Source of the DNA: an uncultured Bacteroidales bacterium
Lineage (GTDB): Bacteria; Bacillota_I; Bacilli_A; RFN20; CAG-826
NCBI GenBank assembly: GCA_963650805.1
Contig: CAVJMG010000004.1
Coordinates: forward strand, 44,155 to 108,154
Length of the DNA stretch: 64,000 nucleotides
Direction: 5' to 3'
Shown piece after piece: positions 27,891-36,711 of the stretch; the first letter of the stretch is position 1; each line of letters opens with the position of its first letter. The notes under the pieces are model-generated. The model did no database searches, was not told the origin of the DNA, and saw only the letters and a program-made list of their open reading frames with translations. Position numbers and translations under genes: made by a program.

Positions 27891-28919
27891 TTAATAAATC
27901 CTTCTTGAATGGTGCGTGGTTTCGACTTTTGTTTCGTGGTGGTGGCAATGCACGCATTCGCAATCGTAGGTTCTTACGGTCTCGCTTTCCTTGGTTTCGT
28001 ATTCCCCGATGTAATCCTCGTAAATGTCTTCGCTCCCTTTGGCTTCCCCTATGACGTTCCCGCGATCATCGGAGATGGTGTAGGTCGTTTCTCTGGTGCC
28101 GACTTTTCGCGAGCGGTCTTCGAAGCCGATGCTTGTGCCAAGATCGTTATGCTTTTCGTCGATGAGCGCTTTCACGCATCTTCCGCCGCAACGCGGGCAT
28201 CTTTCGGCGTCAATGGAGGCAAAATCAAAGGCGTTGAGGAAGGCGACGATGCCGAAGATTATGCAGCAGTGGATATAGAAATTCGTAGAGATGCCGAGCT
28301 TTCCCAAATAGAAGTAAGACACCGTAAGCCCTGCGCCTAGCAACGCTAGGAAGCCTAATTCGAAATAGAAATTGCTTCTTAAGGGGCTGGACATATTGAA
28401 CAAATGATTGACGAAGATTCCGCCGAGAATCGAGTACATATAGAAAAGGACGTAAAGCATCCAAACGTCGCTGACGTTGGTCAATTCGTTTAGATAATAT
28501 CCTCCGACGTAGAAAACCAGTGTGAAATAAGCCAATATAGCAACCCACTTTACAAACATCAAAGGCGAAGGGGCTTTGTAGCTTTTTTGAGTGAGGCGCT
28601 TCTCTTGGATGGGTTTTCGCTTCTTGGAAGGGAGAAGGATGAGCCTTGATAATCCGGCGATGAGATAGAGGAGAACGAAATAGGCAACAACGCCTCCTAA
28701 AAGGAAGACGCCGGGAATGCGGAAAATAGCGTAGAGAACATTATCCTGAGTTTGGTAGATGAATAGAGAAATCTGCTGGTAAAAGGGATAAGAATAGAAT
28801 TTCTTTTCTCCGCTTAAAAGGAAGTAGACGATGGCGCTTAAAATGGTCAGTAACAGCGATAGCCCTCCCAAAGAGGCCAAAAGAAGTATTGGCGTTTTGC
28901 AAAGTTGCTTCTTTTTCAT
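27891..28919 (-). CDS. Polytopic membrane protein with a C-terminal Cys-rich zinc-ribbon-like tail.
   Basis: About 7 TM helices. C-terminal CPRCGGRC ... CECVHCHHH. Confidence 0.5.
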   Translation of the reverse strand: MKKKQLCKTPILLLASLGGLSLLLTILSAIVYFLLSGEKKFYSYPFYQQISLFIYQTQDNVLYAIFRIPGVFLLGGVVAYFVLLYLIAGLSRLILLPSKKRKPIQEKRLTQKSYKAPSPLMFVKWVAILAYFTLVFYVGGYYLNELTNVSDVWMLYVLFYMYSILGGIFVNHLFNMSSPLRSNFYFELGFLALLGAGLTVSYFYLGKLGISTNFYIHCCIIFGIVAFLNAFDFASIDAERCPRCGGRCVKALIDEKHNDLGTSIGFEDRSRKVGTRETTYTISDDRGNVIGEAKGSEDIYEDYIGEYETKESETVRTYDCECVHCHHHETKVETTHHSRRIY

Positions 28920-28928
28920 AAGGATTCC

Positions 28929-30059
28929 TCACTCATAAACGGCGGGCTTGCCACCGACGTAATGCCAATAGCGCCCTTTTTCTTTCGGCGTTTCCTCGGA
29001 ATAGAGATATACGTGGCTTTCGAGCATTCCATCGAATTTCCCATCGTTTGTCTCTCCTTTGTAATAGATGTTTGGCACAGAGACGGAATCGCTGGAGCTG
29101 TAGACGAAAGCGTAGATCGACATGAAGCCTTCAATAGAAGTGGGGACGACGATACTCTTGAGGCTTTTGCATTCGGCGAAAGCGGATTTCCCGATGCTTT
29201 TCAGGCCGTCTGGCAAGGCGATCTCCTTCAAATTGAAGCATCTTGCAAAAGCGAAAGAGCCGATGCTTTCAAGGGAGCTCGGCAACGCGACTTCCTCTAA
29301 TTTCGGGCAATAGTAGAAACAACTGTCGGGCAAGACTTTTAGTTTGCTGGTTTGGAAAGAGATTTTAGCAAGGCTACTTTCAGAAAAGGCGCTGTAGCCT
29401 AGGCTTTCTAAGTTCTCTCCGATTGAAATGCTTTCGAAGAGGGATTCTTGGAAACCTTTGCTTGCTACGGTCACCAAATTCGGGAATTCCTGGTCTTCAA
29501 TGAAATGCACCCCGGTTTTGTAAAAGCCGTTTGATTTGACGGTTTTGATGGTTTTCGGGAGCGTGGCGTTAGTTTTGGGCGCGCTTTTCCCTTGCTCGAA
29601 TTCTTTGTAAAAAGCTTTTTCCTCAATGCAGGTAACGTCTTCCCCGGCATATTTAGAAGGGATTTCGTAAAGCTTATCGATTTTTCTTTCTTGATAAATG
29701 AGATGACCGCTCAGGTCATAACCCGTTTCTTTGGCGTTATAGCCCGTGATGGCCACCCCCTCTTCTTTCTTCTCGAAAGAGAGCATGTCGTAGCTCATCT
29801 TATAGCCGCATCTGCAGACATAGTCGTAATAACGGCATACGTAGTCCCTTGAGGAGGTTTTCATTTCTTCATAAGCGAAAACCATTTTGTCGAACACGTG
29901 CCCGTGGAAATTGGATTTTTCGCCGTTAATGAGGTGATAATGGCCTTCCTTGTCGTAAACGTCTCCGAAGCTTAAATCAAACAGGCTGAGGTTGCCTTCG
30001 CAGGAGGTTAGGCAAAGCAGTGGAATTAAAGAAAGGACGTATTTGGGGAACTTTTTCAT
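28929..30059 (-). CDS. BspA/TpLRR-type leucine-rich-repeat surface lipoprotein.
   Basis: Lipobox MKKFPKYVLSLIPLLCLTSCEG. Repeats of the ~23-aa unit (...SIGSFAFARCFNLKEIALPDGLKSIGKSAFAECKSLKSI...). Start set at the MKKF ATG (30059). The track start at 30125 reads through the poly-C tract. Confidence 0.7.
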   Translation of the reverse strand: MKKFPKYVLSLIPLLCLTSCEGNLSLFDLSFGDVYDKEGHYHLINGEKSNFHGHVFDKMVFAYEEMKTSSRDYVCRYYDYVCRCGYKMSYDMLSFEKKEEGVAITGYNAKETGYDLSGHLIYQERKIDKLYEIPSKYAGEDVTCIEEKAFYKEFEQGKSAPKTNATLPKTIKTVKSNGFYKTGVHFIEDQEFPNLVTVASKGFQESLFESISIGENLESLGYSAFSESSLAKISFQTSKLKVLPDSCFYYCPKLEEVALPSSLESIGSFAFARCFNLKEIALPDGLKSIGKSAFAECKSLKSIVVPTSIEGFMSIYAFVYSSSDSVSVPNIYYKGETNDGKFDGMLESHVYLYSEETPKEKGRYWHYVGGKPAVYE

Positions 30060-30064
30060 GAAAT

Positions 30065-30073
30065 GGGGGGGGG
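30065..30073 (-). repeat. Homopolymeric C9 tract (G9 on the plus strand) 5 nt upstream of the LRR lipoprotein start codon.
   Basis: Minus strand reads ATTAGAG-CCCCCCCCC-ATTTC-ATG. It sits where the RBS would be. Confidence 0.6.
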
Positions 30074-30124
30074 CTCTAATTTTCTTGAATATAATATACA
30101 ACAAAAAGCGCCAACGAACCGCCA

Positions 30125-30166
30125 ACTCAAAATAAGAAAAAGCCCGAGGCGAAGGGCGCCTCGGGT
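30125..30166 (-). terminator. Intrinsic terminator downstream of apt.
   Basis: CCCGAGGCG-aaggg-CGCCTCGGG. On the minus strand the stem is followed by CTTTTTCTTATTTT. Confidence 0.6.
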
Positions 30167-30189
30167 GAGTTGGTGCAAGAAGAATCGGA

Positions 30190-30711
30190 TCAATGCGAAT
30201 CGGAGAGATTCAGCAAGCTTTCGCAAGGCAATCCAACGGCTTTTTCGCCATGGAGCTCCTCGAGGTTGATGACGGTAAGGCAAGCAACGGCTTCTCCTCC
30301 GGCCAAGGCGATGAGCTTTTTCAAAGCCGCGAAGGTTCCTCCGGTGGCCATGAGGTCATCGATCATCAGCACCCTGTCTCCCTTCTTGAAGGAGGAAGCG
30401 GGAATCTCCATCGTCGCGGTTCCATATTCGAGCTGATAGGAGACTTTCATGGTGACGCCGGGGAGTTTTCCGGCTTTTCTAGCCATGACGAATCCAATGC
30501 CCATTTTATAAGCTAAAGCCGAGCCAAAGATGAAACCCCTTGATTCGGGGCCGATGATGACGTCGGGATGGTATTTCTCGGCGATTTTGGCGAGCTGGTC
30601 GATGGCTTCTTTGAAAGCCGCGGGGTCCCTTAGCAACGGGGAAACGTCTTTAAAGGAGATGCCCTTCTTGGGGAAATCGGGAGTGACGCCGATGTAGTCA
30701 TTTAAATTCAT
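30190..30711 (-). CDS. apt: Adenine phosphoribosyltransferase.
   Basis: Full-length match to the Apt pattern: VLMIDDLMATGGT PRPP-binding motif, 173 aa. Confidence 0.9.
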   Translation of the reverse strand: MNLNDYIGVTPDFPKKGISFKDVSPLLRDPAAFKEAIDQLAKIAEKYHPDVIIGPESRGFIFGSALAYKMGIGFVMARKAGKLPGVTMKVSYQLEYGTATMEIPASSFKKGDRVLMIDDLMATGGTFAALKKLIALAGGEAVACLTVINLEELHGEKAVGLPCESLLNLSDSH

Positions 30712-30745
30712 GATTCAATTTGCCTTTCGTGACGATTCATTATAA

Positions 30746-30790
30746 ACGGGGACGACCGAAGTGGACGCCCCCGTTTTGGTGTTTTTGCGG
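30746..30790 (-). promoter_or_regulatory. Hairpin (ACGGGG...CCCCGT) plus TATAAT between the permease and apt. Candidate partial terminator with an internal apt promoter.
   Basis: The minus strand reads AAAACGGGGGCGTCCACTTCGGTCGTCCCCGTTTATAATGAATCG. Confidence 0.3.
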
Positions 30791-30799
30791 ATTTGGGAA

Positions 30800-32353
30800 T
30801 CAGGCGATGCCGGTTGCGTATTTGACGATGTAGATGACCACGAAGGCGGCAGCGCAGCAAGCGACGGCGGTGTCTTCTTTCTTGAAGCGGTGAGCGCAGA
30901 GGGTCATCAAGGTGTAGGCGATGAAGCCCCAAGCGATGCCATCGCTGATGGAATAGGAGATGCACATGACGATGACGGTGAGGAAGCCGCTTCCGACGGC
31001 CACCCAATCGTGCCATTCAAGCTTTTCGAGGTTCCTGAACATGCAAACGCCAACGTAAACCAAGGCAAGCCCGGTGACGGCGCTATTGGAGAAAGCGCTG
31101 AGGGCGGGATAGATGACAAGGCTCAATCCGAAGAGGAGGCCGGTGATGACGGCGGCGAGCCCGGTGCGGGCACCCGCGGCGACGCCGGTGGTGGATTCGA
31201 CGAAGGAAGTGACGGTGGTGGTGCCGCAGATGGAGCCGAAGACGGTGCCGGCGGCATCAACGATCATCGCGGGGCGATCGTCGACGGTGATGTGACCTTC
31301 GTCATCGACCATGCCGGCGCCGGCTTCAACGCCGACGAGGGTTCCGGCGGTGTCGAAGAAGTCAACGAAGAGAAGAGAGAAGGTGAAGGCGTAGGACATC
31401 GGTTGGGCGAAGACGTCGAACCCGAAGAAGGGGGCGCCGAAGAGTTTGCCGAAATTGCCGATGGAAGCGATGGAATACTCCGGATCATAGAAGCCGGAGA
31501 ACCCTTCGACTTTGCAAGAACCGAGGGTTCCGCAGAGGATGGCCATGACGACGATGGCGATGATGACGGCGAACTTGTTGACCCAGAAGCCAAGCTTGGT
31601 CCTTTGGGGCAAGGCGGAAAGCGCTAAGACAACGACGACGCCGAGCAAGCCGAGAAGGACGGGGAGGCTCTTGAAGTTGCCGAGGCCGACCAAGGTGGCG
31701 CTGTTGTCGGCGATGATGCCCATGTTCTGGAAGCCGATGAAGCAGATGAAGAAGCCAATACCCGCGGAAATAGCGAATTTCAGCGACTTCGGAATACGTT
31801 TGACGATCCATCCTCTAAGAGGAGTAATGGAGATGATCAAGAAGAGAATGCCGTCGACCATGACTAAGCACATGGACTGGGCAAAGTTCCAACCCATGCC
31901 GAGCATGACGTTGAAGGCGACGAGGGAGTTAAGGCCAAGTCCAGAGGCTAAGCCAACCGGCAATTTGCCGTAGAATCCCATGAAGATGGTGGTGACGCAG
32001 GCGGAGATGGCGGTGGCGGCGAAGACGGCGGCGCGGACATCGCTCACGCTGGCCCAGTTGTTGCCATAAATGAGGATTTCAATGGTTTCGCCGACCTGCC
32101 TGACGTTGCCTTTGCTTAGAGCGAGAGCGCCGCCAGCCCAGTTGCTAGAAAGCATGTTGGCGTTGAGCGGAAGGATGTAGAACATCGCCAAGAAGATGAC
32201 GAGCCCGCCGATGAGCTCTTTGAGGATTGAGGATCCCCTGGTGGAAATTCCGAAGTAGTTGTCCATCCACTTCCCGAATTTCGTTTTTGGGCTGTGTCCG
32301 CCCGGTTGGTTGCTCTCTGGCGAGGTTTCAACAGCTGAGACTGCTTCTGCCAT
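30800..32353 (-). CDS. NCS2/AzgA-like purine permease (guanine/hypoxanthine/adenine permease, PbuG-like).
   Basis: KELIGGLVIFLAMFYILPLNANML AzgA-type N-terminal block. About 13 TM helices. Sits downstream of a guanine-type riboswitch and upstream of apt. Confidence 0.75.
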   Translation of the reverse strand: MAEAVSAVETSPESNQPGGHSPKTKFGKWMDNYFGISTRGSSILKELIGGLVIFLAMFYILPLNANMLSSNWAGGALALSKGNVRQVGETIEILIYGNNWASVSDVRAAVFAATAISACVTTIFMGFYGKLPVGLASGLGLNSLVAFNVMLGMGWNFAQSMCLVMVDGILFLIISITPLRGWIVKRIPKSLKFAISAGIGFFICFIGFQNMGIIADNSATLVGLGNFKSLPVLLGLLGVVVVLALSALPQRTKLGFWVNKFAVIIAIVVMAILCGTLGSCKVEGFSGFYDPEYSIASIGNFGKLFGAPFFGFDVFAQPMSYAFTFSLLFVDFFDTAGTLVGVEAGAGMVDDEGHITVDDRPAMIVDAAGTVFGSICGTTTVTSFVESTTGVAAGARTGLAAVITGLLFGLSLVIYPALSAFSNSAVTGLALVYVGVCMFRNLEKLEWHDWVAVGSGFLTVIVMCISYSISDGIAWGFIAYTLMTLCAHRFKKEDTAVACCAAAFVVIYIVKYATGIA

Positions 32354-32427
32354 AGTCTTTTCCTCCTTAATTAATGATTAAGACTTGCCGTTAGGAGGAT
32401 GACTGCCGGAGAGGGGTGATCTTGGAA

Positions 32428-32565
32428 CAAAGGAGAAAAACGCAAAAACGAGAGCTGCATTTTGCGACTTGGGCTTCTTTGTTTCCTTTCTTGGAATTCG
32501 TAGTGCCTGACTTTAAGGATCAGGCGTAGAAACTGTCGGACCACATCTCCAACATATACGACCTA
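32428..32565 (-). promoter_or_regulatory. Purine riboswitch, guanine/hypoxanthine type (C discriminator), with a downstream intrinsic terminator as the expression platform.
   Basis: Minus-strand RNA: UCGUA-UAUG-UUGGA(GAUGUGG)UCCGA-CAGUUUCUAC-GCCUGA(UCCUUAAAG)UCAGGC-ACUACGA. P1, P2 and P3 all pair. The J2/3 GUUUCUAC core is present. Terminator GCAAAAUG-N7-CGUUUUUGC plus UUUUU at about 32428-32470. RBS GGAGGA follows. Confidence 0.75.
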
Positions 32566-32701
32566 TCGACGTTAATTAAATATATATAGAAAAAAGGCCC
32601 TATCCACATGAAAGCGGTTTATCGAAGAAATTCCCCTTTTCTTGTTTTTGTTTGCCGGCACCCTTGATAGAATAATGGGCTAGAAAGAAGGTTTAAACAC
32701 C

Positions 32702-33349
32702 ATGGATTTGTCCGCTTATCCGAACGTCGTTTTGCTTGAGCACCCCTTGCTCAAACACAAAATCTCCATTCTCCGCAACAAGTTGACCCCCACCAGCGAA
32801 TTCCGCCCCGTCGTCAAGGAAATCGCGATGATGGAAGCCTATGAGGCTCTCCGCAGCATTCCGACCGTCGACGTTGAGATCGAAACCCCCATCGAGAAGA
32901 CCGTTCAGCCGATGGTCGTTGGACACAATCTCTGCTTCGTCCCCATCCTCCGCGCCGGCATGGGCATGGTCGATGGCTTCACCGAGCTCATCCCAACCGC
33001 CCACGTTGGTCACATCGGGCTTTACCGCGATGAGCAGACCCATGAGCCCCATGAGTATTACTGCAAGCTCCCCAAAGGCCTTGAAGATATGGATGTTTAC
33101 CTCCTTGATCCGATGCTCGCCACCGGAGGCAGCGCCATCGACGCCATCAAGATGCTCCGTAAACACGGTGCTAAGCGCATCCACTTCGTTTGCATCATCG
33201 CCGCTCCCGAGGGTGTCGAAGCTTTTTGCAAAGCCAACCCCGACGTTCCTCTATTCATCGGCTCGCTTGACCGCCGGCTCAATGAAAACGCCTATATCTG
33301 CCCTGGCTTAGGCGATGCCGGCGACCGTATCTTCGGAACTCAAAACTGA
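32702..33349 (+). CDS. upp: Uracil phosphoribosyltransferase.
   Basis: VYLLDPMLATGGS PRPP motif and overall Upp pattern, 215 aa. Confidence 0.9.
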   Translation: MDLSAYPNVVLLEHPLLKHKISILRNKLTPTSEFRPVVKEIAMMEAYEALRSIPTVDVEIETPIEKTVQPMVVGHNLCFVPILRAGMGMVDGFTELIPTAHVGHIGLYRDEQTHEPHEYYCKLPKGLEDMDVYLLDPMLATGGSAIDAIKMLRKHGAKRIHFVCIIAAPEGVEAFCKANPDVPLFIGSLDRRLNENAYICPGLGDAGDRIFGTQN

Positions 33350-33363
33350 TTTCGTCGAAAATA

Positions 33364-33405
33364 AAAGCCAACTCCCTTCAAGGTTTTCCTTGGCGAAGTT
33401 GGCTT
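33364..33405. terminator. Intrinsic terminator after upp (bidirectional geometry).
   Basis: AAAGCCAACT-N22-AGTTGGCTTT followed by TTGTTTT, preceded by an A-run. Confidence 0.65.
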
Positions 33406-33414
33406 TTTGTTTTG

Positions 33415-34785
33415 CTAAATCCTAAACAAATCTTCTAAGGCAAACGTGTGCACGTTATTCGGCTTCGATTCAATTAAATCCGCGGTGAAACCGCTTTTGG
33501 AAAATAGGTAGTATTCTCGCCTCAACTTGCTGGGGAAGACGCTGGCGCTTTCAATGAGATGGTTAAGCATGCTGGAGGAAAATTTAACTTTTCTATATTT
33601 GCATTCCATCACGATCAGCGTTTTTCCATTGTCGGACAACCCGTCGATCTCAACGGGCCTGTTCAAAATCGATTTTTCGACTTTGTAAGGTTTAAACGGT
33701 TTTTAAACGCCGCCTAATGCGCCTTCGGCGTTTAATTCGTCCATAAACATTCGGGAAACGTCTTCAAAGCCGAAACTAATGAAATCTTTAATTTCTTCTT
33801 TTTCCGATTCGAAGACGGCTTCGCCGTTGATTTTTACCGTTTCCTGATTGTCAAAGACGAAAATGTACCAAAACCTAAGCATTGGGTCCCCGATTTCGTA
33901 ATAAACGGTCTTTTGATTGCCTGCGTACGTTTCCCTTCGATCAAGGAGTTCTTGAGATAGCAAAAACGAGATGTATTTGCTTACTTTCGCTGGCTCTTCA
34001 TGGATATAGTCGGCTATCTCCTTAATGGTTCTTTTTCTTTTGGACACCGCGTGCAAAATCGAGTTATAGATATCCTACGTCCTCGTGGAATTGGACAGCA
34101 GCTGATCAGGTAATGTAAAGAAAGCTCCGTAGGGGTTGAACAACAGTTCCTTCACATTCTCTTCAAAGGATTTTCCAAAATCCATCGCCGACAAATAATA
34201 GGGGAAAGAAGACGTCAAAGATAAGAAACGGACTTTGTTCTCCTCGTCGACGGAGGTCAAATATTCAAGGCATTCCTTGTATCCGAGCTTCTTGATCTCC
34301 ATTTCGAAAGTTCTGCGTTTACACAAAGGCGAGTTGTGATTTTGAATTTCGTCTTTTAGCATCGAAACGTCGCTTCCGGATATTAGGAAAAATATATTGG
34401 CCGGAGCTTTATCGATGATGCTTTGAAGAACGGAGGGGAAACTGGGGTCCTGCTTGACAATATAGGGATACTCATCGATGGCGAAAACGAACCTTTGACC
34501 TTATGCTTTTTTTAGCAAAGCGCTTATGGCGGATTCATACGAATCAAAAACGAAAGTATCGGGCAATCCAAGCAAAGGGTTGATTTGGTGGGACAAGGAC
34601 CGCAAATTGCCATATTTGCTATCTTCTTTGGCTTGATAAAACAAACCGTTCTTCCCTTTGAGAAATTCGTTTATCAAATAGGATTTTCCTATTCTTCTTC
34701 GCCCATAAATAACTCCGAATTCCTTCTTTGCCCCGGAATATCTATTGTTTAGTTCCCTAAGCTCCGCTTTTCTGCCAACAAGCAT
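33415..34785 (-). pseudogene. Archaeal-type AAA+ ATPase gene (paralog of 8929-10287) interrupted by three in-frame stop codons (TAA, TAG, TAA) with no frameshift.
   Basis: Track ORFs 34501-34785, 34075-34362, 33703-34056 and 33415-33666 are all in one frame. Walker A GRRRIGKS, IDEYPYI, YYEIGDPMLRFWYIFVF all align colinearly to the intact paralog. Stops at about 34501-34503, 34072-34074 and 33700-33702. Confidence 0.6.
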
Positions 34786-34998
34786 AAAGGCTCCTTTATT
34801 AACCCGAGAGTTATTAACCTTTGAGTTAACAATATTTTATAAGCATTTCGCGACTGCTTCAGGCAAGAGATAGCGATGGCTTCGAAACGATTTAATGGCT
34901 TTGCTCCATTGCAATCTGCGTGTCGATTTGCAAGCTGTTTTGCGGCCTTTTCGATAAAAAAGCCTCGGGAATCCGAGGCGCGTGTTTGCAATCGCCGC

Positions 34999-35574
34999 TT
35001 AAATGGCTTTGGAATTGTCTTCGTCGAGGAGGGCGTCCATTTCTTGGATGTCCTTTTCTTCGGGGACGTAGACGTAGGGGATTTGGCGATCGAGTTCGCG
35101 GTAATCGAGCCCAAAGCCAATAAGGAACTTGTTTTCCTTAAGCACCATGCCGGCGAAGTCGGCTTGGATGTCTTCTTTTCTCATCGCCTGCTTGTCGAAG
35201 AGGGCGCAGATGAGGATGCGCTTAGGCTTGTAATGGCTATTGATGTAGTCAATGAGATAGCGCATGGATAGCCCGGTATCGACCACATCCTCGACGATGA
35301 CGAGGGTTCTTCCTTCGGGATTTATGCTTAAGTCTTTCGTCAAGGTGACCGTTCCCGTGGATTGGGTTCCTTCGTAAGACGAGGTTTCCACGAAATCGGT
35401 TAGAATCTTCATTTTGACGTTGGGGACCAACGCGTAGAAGAAATTGAGGGCTCCCTTCATTACGCCGACGAAAAGGGGAATCTTCTCTTCGTGGGCAAGC
35501 TCCTGAGTGAGTTGATTACCCAATTTTTGGCAGGTTTGCTGAATTTGCTGCTCGGACATCACCAATTCTTTCAT
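34999..35574 (-). CDS. hpt: Hypoxanthine-guanine phosphoribosyltransferase.
   Basis: LVIVEDVVDTGLS PRPP motif, KFLIGFGLDYRE C-terminal block, 191 aa. Confidence 0.9.
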   Translation of the reverse strand: MKELVMSEQQIQQTCQKLGNQLTQELAHEEKIPLFVGVMKGALNFFYALVPNVKMKILTDFVETSSYEGTQSTGTVTLTKDLSINPEGRTLVIVEDVVDTGLSMRYLIDYINSHYKPKRILICALFDKQAMRKEDIQADFAGMVLKENKFLIGFGLDYRELDRQIPYVYVPEEKDIQEMDALLDEDNSKAI

Positions 35575-35662
35575 GGCTTCTTCTCCTTGTTTTAACGTCT
35601 CGACTGCTATTTACAAATCCTAACAACCTGCCCTTTCCGGGGCAACCTTGAAAAGGGTTAAG

Positions 35663-35682
35663 CCGAAAAGAAAGCGCTACGA
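35663..35682. promoter_or_regulatory. 20-bp motif CCGAAAAGAAAGCGCTACGA upstream of hpt, identical to a copy upstream of guaB.
   Basis: Exact 20/20 identity with 43643-43662. Weaker relatives at 49443-49457 (upstream of guaA) and 11944-11959 (permease leader). Confidence 0.3.
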
Positions 35683-35706
35683 AAGCCAATCGGTAGACTT
35701 TTTTGC

Positions 35707-36561
35707 CTATAGAAGCTCTTCGATATCTTTGAAGGAACCGACCATCTTATAGCAATCTTCTTCTAGCCCGGCCTTGATGATGTTGCCGTCATTGAAACCG
35801 ATGACGGGGAAGCGAGCGAGTTTGCCGCTGATGACGCCGGCCGAGCTATCCTCGATGACGATGGCTTCCTCGCTTGAGGCAACCCCCAATCCGGCGGCAA
35901 TTTCCTTATAGACCCAAGGGTGAGGCTTTGAGCAAAGCTCGCCTGTTGTTCCATACGCTCCGGGCTCTTTTCTTCTTCCCCCGGTGATTATGGCGTCATA
36001 AAAGGACAAGGGGTCGCCCATATCAAGTTCCCTGAACGCGGCGACGATTTCCGGGATGGCCTTGTAATCCAATCCGGACGTGACGAGCCCGATTTTGATG
36101 CCTTTGGCTTTGAGAAGAAGCAGGAATTTCTTCAGCCCCTCCCGGGGGACAAAGGCGTTTTCCTTTCCGGTGCCGTTTTGGGCGGCGAGGAGTTCTTCTC
36201 TGGCGATTCGGTGATACAAACTAGAAGCTTCGCTTAGGCTTTGTTTGAACCCGTATTTGGCTTTGCAATAAGAAAGGTGCTCATCGGTGGTGAACCCCTG
36301 AACGTAAGGTGCGTCTTCTTCTTGAAGGCGGAAACAGGGGTCCCCCAATAAAGTCGCGGTCGTTTTTTCAATGATGTAAACCCAAAACTCCTCGCTTTTG
36401 ACGGAGGTCCCGTCTAAATCCATAAGAACGTATTTGATTTTGGAAGGCTTCAAAGGCTTTTCCCAGGGGTAGTAGCAATCGACGCCGTTTTGGTGGATGC
36501 CGATAAGGGTGGACTCCCCTTGGTGGATGAAATCGATGTTGTTGAGGTTGTACTTAGGCAT
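35707..36561 (-). CDS. HAD-superfamily hydrolase (subfamily IA-like) with a ~45-aa N-terminal extension.
   Basis: Motif I VLMDLDGTSV. Motif II LVTSG. Motif III/IV KPHP...EDSSAGVISG. Confidence 0.7.
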   Translation of the reverse strand: MPKYNLNNIDFIHQGESTLIGIHQNGVDCYYPWEKPLKPSKIKYVLMDLDGTSVKSEEFWVYIIEKTTATLLGDPCFRLQEEDAPYVQGFTTDEHLSYCKAKYGFKQSLSEASSLYHRIAREELLAAQNGTGKENAFVPREGLKKFLLLLKAKGIKIGLVTSGLDYKAIPEIVAAFRELDMGDPLSFYDAIITGGRRKEPGAYGTTGELCSKPHPWVYKEIAAGLGVASSEEAIVIEDSSAGVISGKLARFPVIGFNDGNIIKAGLEEDCYKMVGSFKDIEELL

Positions 36562-36711
36562 TTTTTAACCAACTTTCCATTGAATTATAGAGTTGTCTCG
36601 GCTTTAAAAAAGCCTCTGTGTGGAAAAAGCATTTATATGCGTGTTTTTCGATAAACTCAAATTCCGAATGCCGTTAAGATTTCCAAGATTGGTTTTAGAC
36701 AAACCACGGCA

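Noticed and set aside
30761-31627. 288-aa plus-strand ORF rich in D/G/E/A
   Set aside because: Antisense to the AzgA-like permease gene. No start context. Composition is an artefact of the opposite-strand Ala/Gly/Val-rich TM coding sequence.
34749-35120. 123-aa minus-strand ORF bridging the hpt 3' end and the pseudogene start
   Set aside because: Out of frame with both flanking, well-supported genes and overlaps the hpt stop region. It is created by the open frame between them.
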